A stretch of DNA of 64,000 bases from Octopus sinensis (GCF_006345805.1 NC_043025.1:7564001-7628000); one strand, 5' to 3'. Positions 52,821 to 64,000 are shown, numbered from the stretch's first letter. Made by a program: numbers and translations. The notes: generated from the letters alone by a model not told the origin.

Positions 52821-53235
52821 CTATCTGTTTATCTACCTAGCTATCCATCCATCCATCCACCTATATATATACATGCATACACACACACATATATATGTAT
52901 ATTTATGAATATGTGTGTGTGTGTGCATGTGTGTGTGTTAAGCAAAATATGAGTTAGAGCTTATGCAACCGTCTAAGGGATAAATGTATCCGTAGACACT
53001 CCTGGTGTATTACCTTAGTATGTATAGTCCTAGCTATAAGGTAGGACTATAGCTAATTGGTAATTTAAGGATAAAACTGTAGTTTAATATAAATAGTTCC
53101 GAACTACAATTAAATAATGACTTTTTAATACCAATAATCAACTTCTCATTGTTAATTACTGCTCCATTTCTTTTCGTTTCTTTTCTTTTCTATATATATA
53201 TATTAGAAAGTTTGGAGATGATGTACAGGTATTTA

Positions 53236-53392
53236 ATATTAGAAGAAATGAGGTACTCAGAAATTCGGATGGTTTTATATTTACAGATATTTATTTGTAT
53301 ATTACATGATGTATAAAAACATGTAATATACAAATAAATATCTGTAAATATAAAACCATCCGAATTTCTGAGTACCTCATTTCTTCTAATAT
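53236..53392. repeat. Perfect 73-bp hairpin with 11-nt loop
   Basis: 53236-53308 is the exact reverse complement of 53320-53392; loop atgtataaaaa. Confidence 0.9.
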
Positions 53393-53399
53393 ATATCAT

Positions 53400-54199
53400 C
53401 ATCATCATCATTTAGCATCCGCTTTACATGCTAGCATGGGTTGGACGCTTCAACTGGGGTCTGGGAAGCCAGAAGGCTGCACCAGGCCCAGTCTGATCTG
53501 GCAATGTTTCTATGGCCGGATGCCCTTCCTAACACCAACCACTCCATGAATGTAGTGGGTGCTTTTTACGTGCCACCAGCACGGAGGCCCGTTGGGGTGG
53601 CGCTGGCAACGGCCACGTTCAGATGGTTTGCTTACGTGCCACCAGCACTGGTATCACAGCTACAATTTCCATTGATGTTGATCGATTTCGATTTTGATTC
53701 TGATTCTCACTGGCCTGCTTGCTTAGCCTGTGGGGTGGCGTCATTTGAAGGCTAAAACAGTGCGAAGCGCATTGTGATCAGCGATGTGTAGCAACATCTG
53801 ATGGCCTGGTCGGTCACGGTGATCACAGTGATATATATATATATATTTGTTGCCAGCGCCGCCCCGACTGGCCTCTGTGCCAGTGGCACGTAAAAAGCAC
53901 CATCCGATTGTGGCTGTTGCCGGCCTTGTCTGGTCCCCGTGCTGGTGGCACATAAAAAGCACCATCCGATCGTGGCCGTTTGCCAGCCTTGTCTGGCACC
54001 TGTGCAGGTGGCACGTAAAAAGCACCCACTACACTCACGGAGTGGTTGGCGTTAGGAAGGGCATCCAGCTGTAGAAACACTGCCAGATCAGACTGGGCCT
54101 GGTGCAGTCTCCTGGCTTCTCAGACCCAGTTGAACCGTCCAACCCATGCTAGCATGGAAAACGGACGTTAAACGATGATGATGATGATGATGATGATGA

Positions 54200-54200
<1 letters not shown>
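53400..54200. mobile_element. Two oppositely oriented (ATG)n-tailed retroposon copies separated by a family-C SINE 3' fragment
   Basis: 53400-53700 has a (CAT)n tail on the left; 53850-54200 has an (ATG)n tail on the right. Both contain the 141-bp-unit sequence. Confidence 0.75.
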
Positions 54201-54230
<30 letters not shown>

Positions 54231-54355
54231 ATTATCATGCAATGTATGTATAAACACACAGGCACATATCTCAGTGTCTCTCTTTCACTTGCTTTCTCCC
54301 TCCACTCTCTAACTCATTCTCTCTCTTTATCTCTCTCTCTTTCTCTCTCCCTCAG

Positions 54356-54586
54356 CTTGAGAGAAGCAACTTCATCCTGGATGCGTTCATTGACTGCGCT
54401 CGCAACGGCAACACGGCCGGCAGCCGAGTGGTTGACCACTTGCTGGTCAATGCCTCCGATGATGGTGGCCAATGGGACATGTTGGTCAACTTGATTTCCA
54501 AATATGGTATTGTACCAAAGAATATCTACCCAGACACCGTGTCCTGTGAGGCTTCTAGATATTTGGTCAGCATCATCAGTCACAAG
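54356..54586 (+). CDS. BLMH: Bleomycin hydrolase exon (copy 1)
   Basis: Acceptor ctctccctcag|, donor AAG|gtatgt, phase 0-0. Reads LERSNFILDAFIDCARNGNTAGSRVVDHLLVNASDDGGQWDMLVNLISKYGIVPKNIYPDTVSCEASRYLVSIISHK, with the family DGGQWDM..N...KYG.VP motif. Confidence 0.95.
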
Positions 54587-54971
54587 GTATGTGTTTGACC
54601 CCTCGGATCTTTTCGGTTTGAACGGCAGTTTTTTCAAATAATTTCCATGTAACTAAAAAATTTTAAACTTCGTATACTGGTAGAATGTGTTTATAAAACA
54701 TCTTTTTCTCTTGGCTTTATTGAGGAAATTCTATAGTTTGTAAGATATTTGTTGTTTTTTTTCTTCAATTTCTGCAATTTCAACCAATCAATGACATCTA
54801 TTGAGGTAAAAAAAAACATTTGGTCATTTGGTCAGCCTGAGGCTATAACAGAAAACACTTGCCCAAGGTGCCATGCAGTGGAACTGAACCTGGAACTATG
54901 TGGTTGAGAAGCAAATTTCTTATCATACAGACACACACACACACACACATATTTATGTATGTATGTATGCA

Positions 54972-55060
<89 letters not shown>

Positions 55061-55204
55061 TGTGTGTGTGTGTGTGAATATTATCATGCAATGTATGTAT
55101 AAACACACAGGCACATATCTCAGTGTCTCTCTTTCACTTGCTTTCTCCCTCCACTCTCTAACTCATTCTCTCTCTTTATCTCTCTCTCTTTCTCTCTCCC
55201 TCAG

Positions 55205-55435
55205 CTTGAGAGAAGCAACTTCATCCTGGATGCGTTCATTGACTGCGCTCGCAACGGCAACACGGCCGGCAGCCGAGTGGTTGACCACTTGCTGGTCAAT
55301 GCCTCCGATGATGGTGGCCAATGGGACATGTTGGTCAACTTGATTTCCAAATATGGTATTGTACCAAAGAATATCTACCCAGACACCGTGTCCTGTGAGG
55401 CTTCTAGATATTTGGTCAGCATCATCAGTCACAAG
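55205..55435 (+). CDS. BLMH: Bleomycin hydrolase exon (identical copy 2)
   Basis: Nucleotide-identical to 54356-54586 with the same splice sites. Which copy is used, or whether both exist in vivo, is unknown. Confidence 0.7.
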
Positions 55436-55826
55436 GTATGTGTTTGACCCCTCGGATCTTTTCGGTTTGAACGGCAGTTTTTTCAAATAATTTCCATGTA
55501 ACTAAAAAATTTTAAACTTCGTATACTGGTAGAATGTGTTTATAAAACATCTTTTTCTCTTGGCTTTATTGAGGAAATTCTATAGTTTGTAAGATATTTG
55601 TTGTTTTTTTTCTTCAATTTCTGCAATTTCAACCAATCAATGACATCTATTGAGGTAAAAAAAAACATTTGGTCATTTGGTCAGCCTGAGGCTATAACAG
55701 AAAACACTTGCCCAAGGTGCCATGCAGTGGAACTGAACCTGGAACTATGTGGTTGAGAAGCAAATTTCTTATCATACAGACACACACACACACACACATA
55801 TTTATGTATGTATGTATGCATATATG

Positions 55827-55920
<94 letters not shown>

Positions 55921-55921
<1 letters not shown>

Positions 55922-56222
55922 GAGGCGCAATGGCCCAGTGGTTAGAGCAGCGGACTCGCGGTCGTAGGATTGCGGTTTCGATTCCCAGACCGGGCGTTGT
56001 GAGTGTTTATTGAGCGAAAACACCTAAAGCTCCACGAGGCTCCAGCAGGGGGTGGTGGCGATCCCTGCTGTACTCTTTCGCCACAATTTTCTCTCAGTCT
56101 TTCTTCTGTTGGCCTGCTCGCTTAGCCAGCGGGGTGGCGTCATTTGAAGGCTAAAACAATGCGAAGTGCATTGTGACCAGCGATGTGTAGTAACATCTGA
56201 TAGCCTGGTCGGTCACGGTGAT
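55921..56222 (+). mobile_element. tRNA-derived SINE (family C), full length
   Basis: ggaggcgcaatggcccagtggttagagcagcggactcg...gtttcgattccc...ggtcggtcacggtgata. Confidence 0.8.
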
Positions 56223-56233
56223 ATATATATATA

Positions 56234-56633
56234 CTAGCAGTATCGCCTGGCGTTGCTCGGGTTTGTAAGGGAAATAACTATATAAGCATTTTTAGAATGT
56301 AAAGTATAATAGCCATCTCAATATGGCTAACCACAAAGGTGGGGGTGTTACTGTAGCTTTTTACGTTCTGAGATTTAATAATACATTTTTAGAGAGTTAC
56401 TTCCCTTATATAATAGCAAAAAAATGTATTAAAAATGGGGGAAAATGATGGTAAATTTTTCTTTAAATCGTAGACTCATCGTAGACGCGCGCTAATACCC
56501 AGAAGGGCTCGATATGAATCACGACTATAAGATACCCAGTTTTGGTTAAACTGCACCGCAAAATGTGGGAGTAGTTAGAAATCTAAATCGTAGGAGACAG
56601 ACACACACACAACCTTACTTTTATAGATAAAAA
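56234..56633 (-). mobile_element. Non-autonomous Helitron
   Basis: ctagcagtatcgcctggcgttgctcggg...; same family as 701-998. Confidence 0.8.
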
Positions 56634-56701
56634 TATACACACACACTTGCCCATAATGGGACAGATCTGAATCCATGTTGTTGAGAAGCAAACTTTTTTG
56701 C

Positions 56702-56760
<59 letters not shown>

Positions 56761-56848
56761 ATGTTATAATATTGACATAAATAAGTTTTGGAACTTAATT
56801 TCACTCGAAAATAATTCCATATTTCTGTCCTGTTTTTGTTCTACTAAG

Positions 56849-56941
56849 ATGCGAGAATACTGCAAAATCCTTCAAGAAAATGTCGTAAAGGGAGTTACAG
56901 ATGCTGATCTACAGGTTCTAAAAGAGGGAATGGTTAAAGAG
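56849..56941 (+). CDS. BLMH: Bleomycin hydrolase exon
   Basis: Acceptor tttttgttctactaag|, donor GAG|gtaagc, phase 0-0. Reads MREYCKILQENVVKGVTDADLQVLKEGMVKE, collinear with recalled human MREFCIRLRNLVHSGATKGEISATQDVMMEE. Confidence 0.9.
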
Positions 56942-57098
56942 GTAAGCACTTGCATGTCTTTGATTTTCTCTCTTACCTGTTGTTAATGGACAAACATGCA
57001 TAAATATACCCATACACACGTATACGTACACACTCACACACACACACATACATGCATGCATGTATACACATACATGTACTCACACAAATGTATTGCCT

Positions 57099-57131
<33 letters not shown>

Positions 57132-57145
57132 GTTCAATGTCCGTT

Positions 57146-60100
57146 TTCCATGCTAGCATGGGCTGGACGGTTCAACTGGAGTCTGGGAAGCCAGAAGGCT
57201 GCACCAGGCTCCGGTCTGATCTGGCAGTGTTTCTACAGCTGGATGCCCTTCCTAACGCCAACCACTCCGTGAGTGTAGTGGGTGCTTTCCATGCTGGCAT
57301 GGGTTGGACGGTTCAACTGGGGTCTGGGAAGCCAGAAGGCTGCACCAGGCCCAGTCTGATCTGGCAGTGTTTCTACAGCTGGATGCCCTTCCTAACGCCA
57401 ACCACTCCGTGAGTGTAGTGGGTGCTTTCCATGCTAGCATGGGTTGGACGGTTCAACTGGGGTCTGGGAAGCTAGAAGGCTGCACCAGGCACCGGTCTGA
57501 TCTGGCAGTGTTTCTACAGTTGGATGCCCTTCCTAACGCCAACCACTCCGTGAGTGTAGTGGGTGCTTTCCATGCTAGCATGGGTTGGACGGTTCAACTG
57601 GGGTCTGGGAAGCCAGGAGGATGCACCAGGCTCCGGTCTGATCTGGCAGTGTTTCTACAGCTGGATGCCCTTCCTGACGCCAACCACTACGTGAGTGTAG
57701 TGGGTGCTTTCCATGCTAGCATGGGTTGGACGGTTCAACTGGGGTCTGGGAAGCCAGGAGGATGCACCAGGCTCCGGTCTGATCTGGCAGTGTTTCTACA
57801 GCTGGATGCCCTTCCTAACGCCAACCACTCAGTGAGTGTAGTGGGTGCTTTCCATGCTAGCATGGGTTGGACAGTTCAACTGGGGTCTGGGAAGCCAGGA
57901 GGATGCACCAGGCTCCGGTCTGATCTGGCAGTGTTTCTACAGCTGGATGCCCTTCCTAACGCCAACCACTCCGTGAGTGTAGTGGGTGCTTTCCATGCTA
58001 GCATGGGTTGGACGGTTCAACGGGGTCTGGGAAGCCAGGAGGATGCACCAGGCTCCGGTCTGATCTGGCAGTGTTTCTACAGCTGGATGCCCTTCCTAAC
58101 ACCAATCACTCCGTGAGTGTAGTGGGTGCTTTCCATGCTAGCATGGGTTGGACGGTTCAACTGGGGTCTGGGAAGCCGGGAGGATGCACCAGGCTCCGGT
58201 CTGATCTGGCAGTGTTTCTACAGCTGGATGCCCTTCTTAACGCCAACCACTCCGTGAGTGTAGTGGGTGCTTTCCCTGCTAGCATGGGTTGGACGGTTCA
58301 ACTGGGGTCTGGGAAGCCAGAAGGCTGCACCAGGCTCTGGTCTGATCTGGCAGTGTTTCTACAGCTGGATGCCCTTCCTAACGCCAACCACTCCGTGAGT
58401 GTAGTGGGTGCTTTCCATGCTAGCATGGGTTGGACGGTTCAACTGGGGTCTGGGAAGCCAGGAGGATGCACCAGGCTCCGGTCTGATCTGGCAGTGTTTC
58501 TACAGCTGGATGCCCTTCCTAACACCAATCACTCCGTGAGTGTAGTGGGTGCTTTCCATGCTAGCATGGGTTGGACGGTTCAACTGGGGTCTGGGAAGCC
58601 GGGAGGATGCACCAGGCTCCGGTCTGATCTGGCAGTGTTTCTACAGCTGGATGCCCTTCTTAACGCCAACCATTCCGTGAGTGTAGTGGGTGCTTTCCCT
58701 GCTAGCATGGGTTGGACGGTTCAACTGGGGTCTGGGAAGCCAGAAGGCTGCACCAGGCTCTGGTCTGATCTGGCAGTGTTTCTACAGCTGGATGCCCTTC
58801 CTAACGCCAACCACTCCGTGAGTGTAGTGGGTGCTTTCCATGCTAGCATGGGTTGGACGGATCAACTGGGGTCTGGGAAGCCAGAAGGCTGCACCAGGCT
58901 CCGGTCTGATCTGGCAGTGTTTCTACAGCTCGATGCCCTTCCTAACGCCAACCACTCCGTGAGTGTAGTGGGTGCTTTCCATGCTAGCATGGGTTGGACG
59001 GTTCAACTGGGGTCTGGGAAGCCAGAAGGCTGCACCAGGCTCTGGTCTGATCTGGCAGTGTTTCTACAGCTGGATGCCCTTCCTAACGCCAACCACTCCG
59101 TGAGTGTAGTGGGTGCTTTCCATGCTAGCATGGGTTGCACGGTTCAACTGGGGTCTGGGAAGCCAGAAGGCTGCACCAGGCTCCGGTCTGATCTGGCAGT
59201 GTTTCTACAGCTGGATGCCCTTCCTAACGCCAACCACTCCGTGAGTGTAGTGGGTGCTTTCCATGCTAGCATGGGTTGGACGGTTCAACTGGGGTCTGGG
59301 AAGCCAGGAGGCTGCACCAGGCTCCGGTCTGATCTGGCAGTGTTTCTACAGCTGGATGCCCTTCCTAACGCCAACCACTCTGTGAGTGTAGTGGGTGCTT
59401 TCCATGCTAGCATAGGTTGGACGGTTCAACTGGGGTCTGGGAAGCCAGAAGGCTGCACCAGGCTCCGGTCTGATCTGGCAGTGTTTCTACAGCTGGATGC
59501 CCTTCCTAACGCCAACCACTCCGTGAGTGTAGTGGGTGCTTTCCATGCTAGCATGGGTTGGACGGTTCAACTGGGGTCCGGGAAGCCAGAAGGCTGCACC
59601 AGGCTCCGGTCTGATCTGGCAGTGTTTCTACAGCTGGATGCCCTTCCTAACGCCAACCACTCCGTGAGTGTAGTGGGTGCTTTCCATGCTAGCATGGGTT
59701 GGACGGTTCAACTGGGGTCTGGGAAGCCAGAAGGCTGCACCAGGCTCCGGTCTGATCTGACAGTGTTTCTACAGCTGGATGCCCTTCCTAACGCCAACCA
59801 CTCCGTGAGTGTAGTGGGTGCTTTCCATGCTAGCATGGGTTGGACGGTTCAACTGGGGTCTGTGAAGCCAGAAGGCTGCACCAGGCTCCGGTCTGATCTG
59901 GCAGTGTTTCTACAGCTGGATGCCCTTCCTAACGCCAACCACTCCGTGAGTGTAGTGGGTGCTTTCCATGCTAGCATGGGTTGGACGGTTCAACTGGGGT
60001 CTGGGAAGCCAGAAGGCTGCACCAGGCTCTGGTCTGATCTGGCAGTGTTTCTACAGCTGGATGCCCTTCCTAACGCCAACCACTCCGTGAGTGTAGTGGG

Positions 60101-62490
60101 TGCTTTCCATGCTAGCATGGGTTGGACGGTTCAACTGGGGTCTGGGAAGCCAGAAGGCTGCACCAGGCCCAGTCTGATCTGGCAGTGTTTCTATGGCTGG
60201 ATGCCCTTCTTAACGCCAACCACTCCGTGAGTGTAGTGGGTGCTTTCCTGCTAGCATGGTTGGACGGTTCAACTGGGGTCTGGGAAGCCAGAAGGCTGCA
60301 CCAGGCTCTGGTCTGATCTGGCAGTGTTTCTACAGCTGGATGCCCTTCCTAACGCCAACACTCCGTGAGTGTAGTGGGTGCTTTCCATGCTAGCATGGGT
60401 TGGACGGTTCAACTGGGGTCTGGGAAGCCAGGAGGATGCACCAGGCTCCGGTCTGATCTGGCAGTGTTTCTACAGCTGGATGCCCTTCCTAACACCAATC
60501 ACTCCGTGAGTGTAGTGGGTGCTTTCCATGCTAGCATGGGTTGGACGGTTCAACTGGGGTCTGGGAAGCCGGGAGGATGCACCAGGCTCCGGTCTGATCT
60601 GGCAGTGTTTCTACAGCTGGATGCCCTTCTTAACGCCAACCACTCCGTGAGTGTAGTGGGTGCTTTCCCTGCTAGCATGGGTTGGACGGTCAACTGGGGT
60701 CTGGGAAGCCAGAAGGCTGCACCAGGCTCTGGTCTGATCTGGCAGTGTTTCTACAGCTGGATGCCCTTCCTAACGCCAACCACTCCGTGAGTGTAGTGGG
60801 TGCTTTCCATGCTAGCATGGGTTGGACGGATCAACTGGGGTCTGGGAAGCCAGAAGGCTGCACCAGGCTCCGGTCTGATCTGGCAGTGTTTCTACAGCTC
60901 GATGCCCTTCCTAACGCCAACCACTCCGTGAGTGTAGTGGGTGCTTTCCATGCTAGCATGGGTTGGATGGTTCAACTGGGGTCTGGGAAGCCAGAAGGCT
61001 GCACCAGGCTCTGGTCTGATCTGGCAGTGTTCTACACAGCTGGATGCCCTTCCTAACGCCAACCACTCCGTGAGTGTAGTGGGTGCTTTCCATGCTAGCA
61101 TGGGTTGGACGGTTCAACTGGGGTCTGGGAAGCCAGAGGCTGCACCAGGCTCCGGTCTGATCTGGCAGTGTTTCTACAGCTCGATGCCCTTCCTAACGCC
61201 AACCACTCCGTGAGTGTAGTGGGTGCTTTCATGCTAGCATGGGTTGGACGGTTCAACTGGTCTGGGAAGCCAGGAGGCTGCACCAGGCTCCGGTCTGATC
61301 TGGCAGTGTTCTACAGCTGGATACCCTTCCTAACGCCAACCACTCTGTGAGTGTAGTGGGTGCTTTCCATGCTAGCATAGGTTGGACGGTTCAATGGGGT
61401 CTGGAAGCCAGAAGGCTGCACCAGGCTCCGGTCTGATCTGGCAGTGTTTCTACAGCTGGATGCCCTTCCTAACGCAACCACTCCGTGAGTGTAGTGGGTG
61501 CTTTCCATGCTAGCATGGGTTGGACGGTTCAACTGGGGTCGGGAAGCCAGAAGGCTGCACCAGGCTCCGGTCTGATCTGGCAGTGTTTCTACAGCTGGAT
61601 GCCCTTCCTAACGCCAACCACTCCGTGAGTGTAGTGGGTGCTTTCCATGCTAGCATGGGTTGGACGGTTCAACTGGGGTCTGGGAAGCCAGAAGGCTGCA
61701 CCAGGCTCCGGTCTGATCTGATAGTGTTTCTACAGCTGGATGCCCTTCCTAACGCCAACCACTCCGTGAGTGTAGTGGGTGCTTTCCATGCTAGCATGGG
61801 TTGGACGGTTCAACTGGGGTCTGGGAAGCCAGAAGGCTGCACCAGGCTCCGGTCTGATCTGGCAGTGTTTCTACAGCTGGATGCCCTTCCTAACGCCAAC
61901 CACTCCGTGAGTGTAGTGGGTGCTTTCCATGCTAGCATGGGTTGGACGGTTCAACTGGGGTCTGGGAAGCCAGAAGGCTGCACCAGGCTCTGGTCTGATC
62001 TGGCAGTGTTTCTACAGCTGGATGCCCTTCCTAACGCCAACCACTCCGTGAGTGTAGTGGGTGCTTTCCATGCTAGCATGGGTTGGACGGTTCAACTGGG
62101 GTCTGGGAAGCCAGAAGGCTGCACCAGGCCCAGTCTGATCTGGCAGTGTTTCTATGGCTGGATGCCCTTCCTAACGCCAACCACTCCGTGAGTGTAGTGG
62201 GTGCTTTCCATGCTAGCATGGGTTGGATGGTTCAACTGGGGTCTGGGAAGCCAGAAGGCTGCACCAGGCTCCGGTCTGATCTGGCAGTGTTTCTACAGCT
62301 GGATGCCCTTCCTAACGCCAACCACTCCGTGAGTGTAGTGGGTGCTTTCCATGCTAGCATGGGTTGGACGGTTCAACTGGGGTCTGGGAAGCCAGAAGGC
62401 TGCACCAGGCTCCAGTCTGATCTGGCAGTGTTTCTACAGCTGGATGCCCTTCCTAACGCCAACCACTCCATGAGTGTAGTGGGTGCTTTT
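57146..62490. repeat. Tandem array, 141-bp unit, ~38 copies, internal to one (ATG)n-tailed retroposon (element spans ~57101-62860, minus strand)
   Basis: Unit ttccatgctagcatgggttggacgg...gagtgtagtgggtgct. The (CAT)n tail is at 57101-57131 and the single-copy element body resumes at ~62490. Confidence 0.95.
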
Positions 62491-62868
62491 TATGTGCCAC
62501 ATGCACAGGTGCCAGACGAGGCTGGCAAACAGCCATGATCAGATGGTGCTTTTTATGTGCCACCGGCACGGGGGCCAGGCGAGGCTGGCAAACGGCCTCA
62601 ATCGGATGGTGCTTTTTACGTCCCACTGGCACAGAGGCCAGTCAGGGCAGCGCTGGCAACGGCCATGTTCGAGTGGTTCTCTTACGTACCACCGGCACTG
62701 GTATCACAGCTACAAATTCCATTGATGTTGATCGATTTTGAGTTCGATTTTCACTTGCCTCAACAGGTCTTCACAAGTAGGGTTTGTGTCACAAGAAGGA
62801 AAGGTATGCATAAGTGGGATGGCTACGTCCCAGGTAGAGGCCACGGGTTTTGGTCTCACTTGTTTTAA

Positions 62869-63089
62869 CCCTTTTGTTACTGTATTTATTTTGAGATGTT
62901 CTGTGTTTCTTTCAATTACTTTAAATATAACAAAGAATTTAGTAAAATAACTTGGTTATCATTAAGCTTGTATTAGGAACATAAATTGTGAGTAAGGTTT
63001 GGTGGAAGATTTTAATTGAAACCTTAAGAAAACAAGACATTTGTACAACAGAGCCAGAGCCAGTTTCAGCCAGGTTGGTAACAAAAGGG
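62869..63089. mobile_element. piggyBac-type MITE with TTAA target duplication
   Basis: ttaa|cccttttgttac ... gtaacaaaaggg|ttaa. Confidence 0.85.
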
Positions 63090-63139
63090 TTAATTAATTT
63101 TGAGAATATCAAAAAGTTTAGTAAAATAACTTTCTCGTC

Positions 63140-63500
63140 ACTAAGCTGTGTGCCAACAACCACCTTGAGGATCTTTTTGAGCTCCATGTGTCCAACACAT
63201 GTGGGCATACCTACAAAGTCAGAAAACAGCACAGCTCCCATGACTTTCGGAAACATTTTTTCACACTCAGAGTTGCTGAAGCATGGAATGAACTACCTGC
63301 ATCAGTTGTTAGTTGCCAAGACATTGCTTCCCTTAAAACCTCCATGCTTCCTGAAATTTGCCAACATTACACCTGATATCACTGCCCCTGCTTTATGAAT
63401 TCACACATGTATATCATGGCTCATACACTGTTCACTTTCCTGACATTTGTACATAATTCTGTGTTCTGTACATGCACTTTTGATGAGTTGTAGTACACCT
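63140..63500 (+). mobile_element. 3' fragment of the CR1/L2 family seen at 36810-37525
   Basis: Translation ...YKVRKQHSSHDFRKHFFTLRVAEAWNELPASVVSC...EICQHYT*, nearly the same peptide. Confidence 0.85.
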
Positions 63501-63510
63501 GCACACTTCA

Positions 63511-63742
63511 AGGTGGCGAGCTGGCAGAAATGTTAGCACGCCGGCTGAAATGCTTGGCGGTATTTCGCCTGTCTTTACATTCTGAGTTCAAATTCTGCCG
63601 AGGTCAACTTTGCCTTTCATCCTTTCGGGGTCGATTAAATAAGTACCAGTTACACACTGGGGTCGATATTATCGACTTAATCCGTTTGTCTGTCCTTGTT
63701 TGTCCTCTCTGTATTTAGCCCCTTGTGGGTAGTAAAGAAATA
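63511..63742 (+). mobile_element. Family-B SINE
   Basis: aggtggcgagctggcagaaatg...gagttcaaattctgccgaggtc...agtaaagaaata. Confidence 0.75.
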
Positions 63743-64000
63743 AGAAGTGGGGCATTTGAACAGCCTCTGTCTTCATCAAGATGTCAAGGGAATCAGACCT
63801 GTGAAAAGCATCTCCTAGGGAGAGTAACTTCTGGATAGGGGTTAGAGTAGTGTACATGTGTGGTAACGACCATTGAGGTCTGCCGATTCTTGTAAATCAA
63901 AGCAGGATGCTCTGTACTGATTTCATCTTGAGGTAAGAGTATCCATATTTCTTTTGCCCTCCAGGTACTCTTTACCCTTTTACTTGTTTCAGTCATTTGA

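Larger units (their letters stand above)
54200..55920. repeat. 849-bp direct tandem duplication containing a BLMH exon
   Basis: Identical sequence at offset 849 (exon starts 54356 and 55205). Breakpoints lie within (TG)n tracts. Confidence 0.95.

Noticed and set aside
50182-52952. 908-, 850- and 769-aa ORFs
   Set aside because: All three plus frames are open only because the 67-bp pyrimidine-rich repeat lacks stop codons. The real coding part ends at the GT donor after 50313.
54314-55486. Minus-strand 107-aa ORFs and plus-strand out-of-frame ORFs over the duplicated exon
   Set aside because: Shadows of the BLMH exon. The correct frame is defined by the splice sites and family motifs.
58008-60230. 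740-aa ORF of 47-aa repeats, and neighbouring similar ORFs
   Set aside because: It is a translation of the 141-bp array. The same peptide appears in dispersed monomers on either strand, frameshifts break it elsewhere, and it lies in a BLMH intron.
11277-62490. Tandem arrays as CRISPR-like repeats
   Set aside because: The units are contiguous with no unique spacers, there are no cas genes, the context is eukaryotic, and the units derive from transposons or microsatellites.
62755-62862. Possible HDV-like ribozyme at the 5' end of the (ATG)n-tailed retroposon (minus strand)
   Set aside because: A ggcaag J4/2-like motif and cactt/aagtg pairing are visible, but I could not build P1, P3 and P1.1. 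It would need a covariance-model search.
63750-63960. Possible next BLMH exon or other CDS near the window end
   Set aside because: No IFR...LG.PP..F.W-like peptide in the plus frames. The minus strand gives only a broken, LINE-like translation.

Overview
AT-rich, microsatellite-dense animal genomic DNA. The SINE/MITE families suggest a cephalopod, probably Octopus (inference from recalled repeat families). Two protein-coding genes, both on +, are supported. (1) A terminal coding exon at 19298-20145 encodes an acidic protein with internal repeats; it is ankyrin-tail-like but the identity is uncertain. (2) The 5' part of a bleomycin hydrolase gene (BLMH, peptidase C1B) has exons at 46529-46683, 50164-50313 (catalytic Cys motif), 54356-54586 and 56849-56941; exon 1 was not located and the rest of the gene lies beyond the window. 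The 231-nt BLMH exon is present twice as an identical in-frame tandem copy (55205-55435). The remainder is tRNA-derived SINEs, non-autonomous Helitrons, MITEs, CR1/RTE LINE fragments and microsatellites. Notable features: (a) several tandem arrays (139, 108, 118+~251, 141 bp units) that arose by amplifying a segment of a single transposon copy, two with higher-order repeats, plus a 67-bp array built from microsatellites; (b) several minimal type-I hammerhead ribozyme motifs of three sequence families at 23.3-26.9 kb, two in a head-to-head pair of tRNA-headed elements; (c) five regularly phased CACGTG E-boxes upstream of BLMH. Nearly all long ORFs in the supplied track are repeat artefacts. Repeat boundaries were read by eye and are approximate to within a few to tens of bp.
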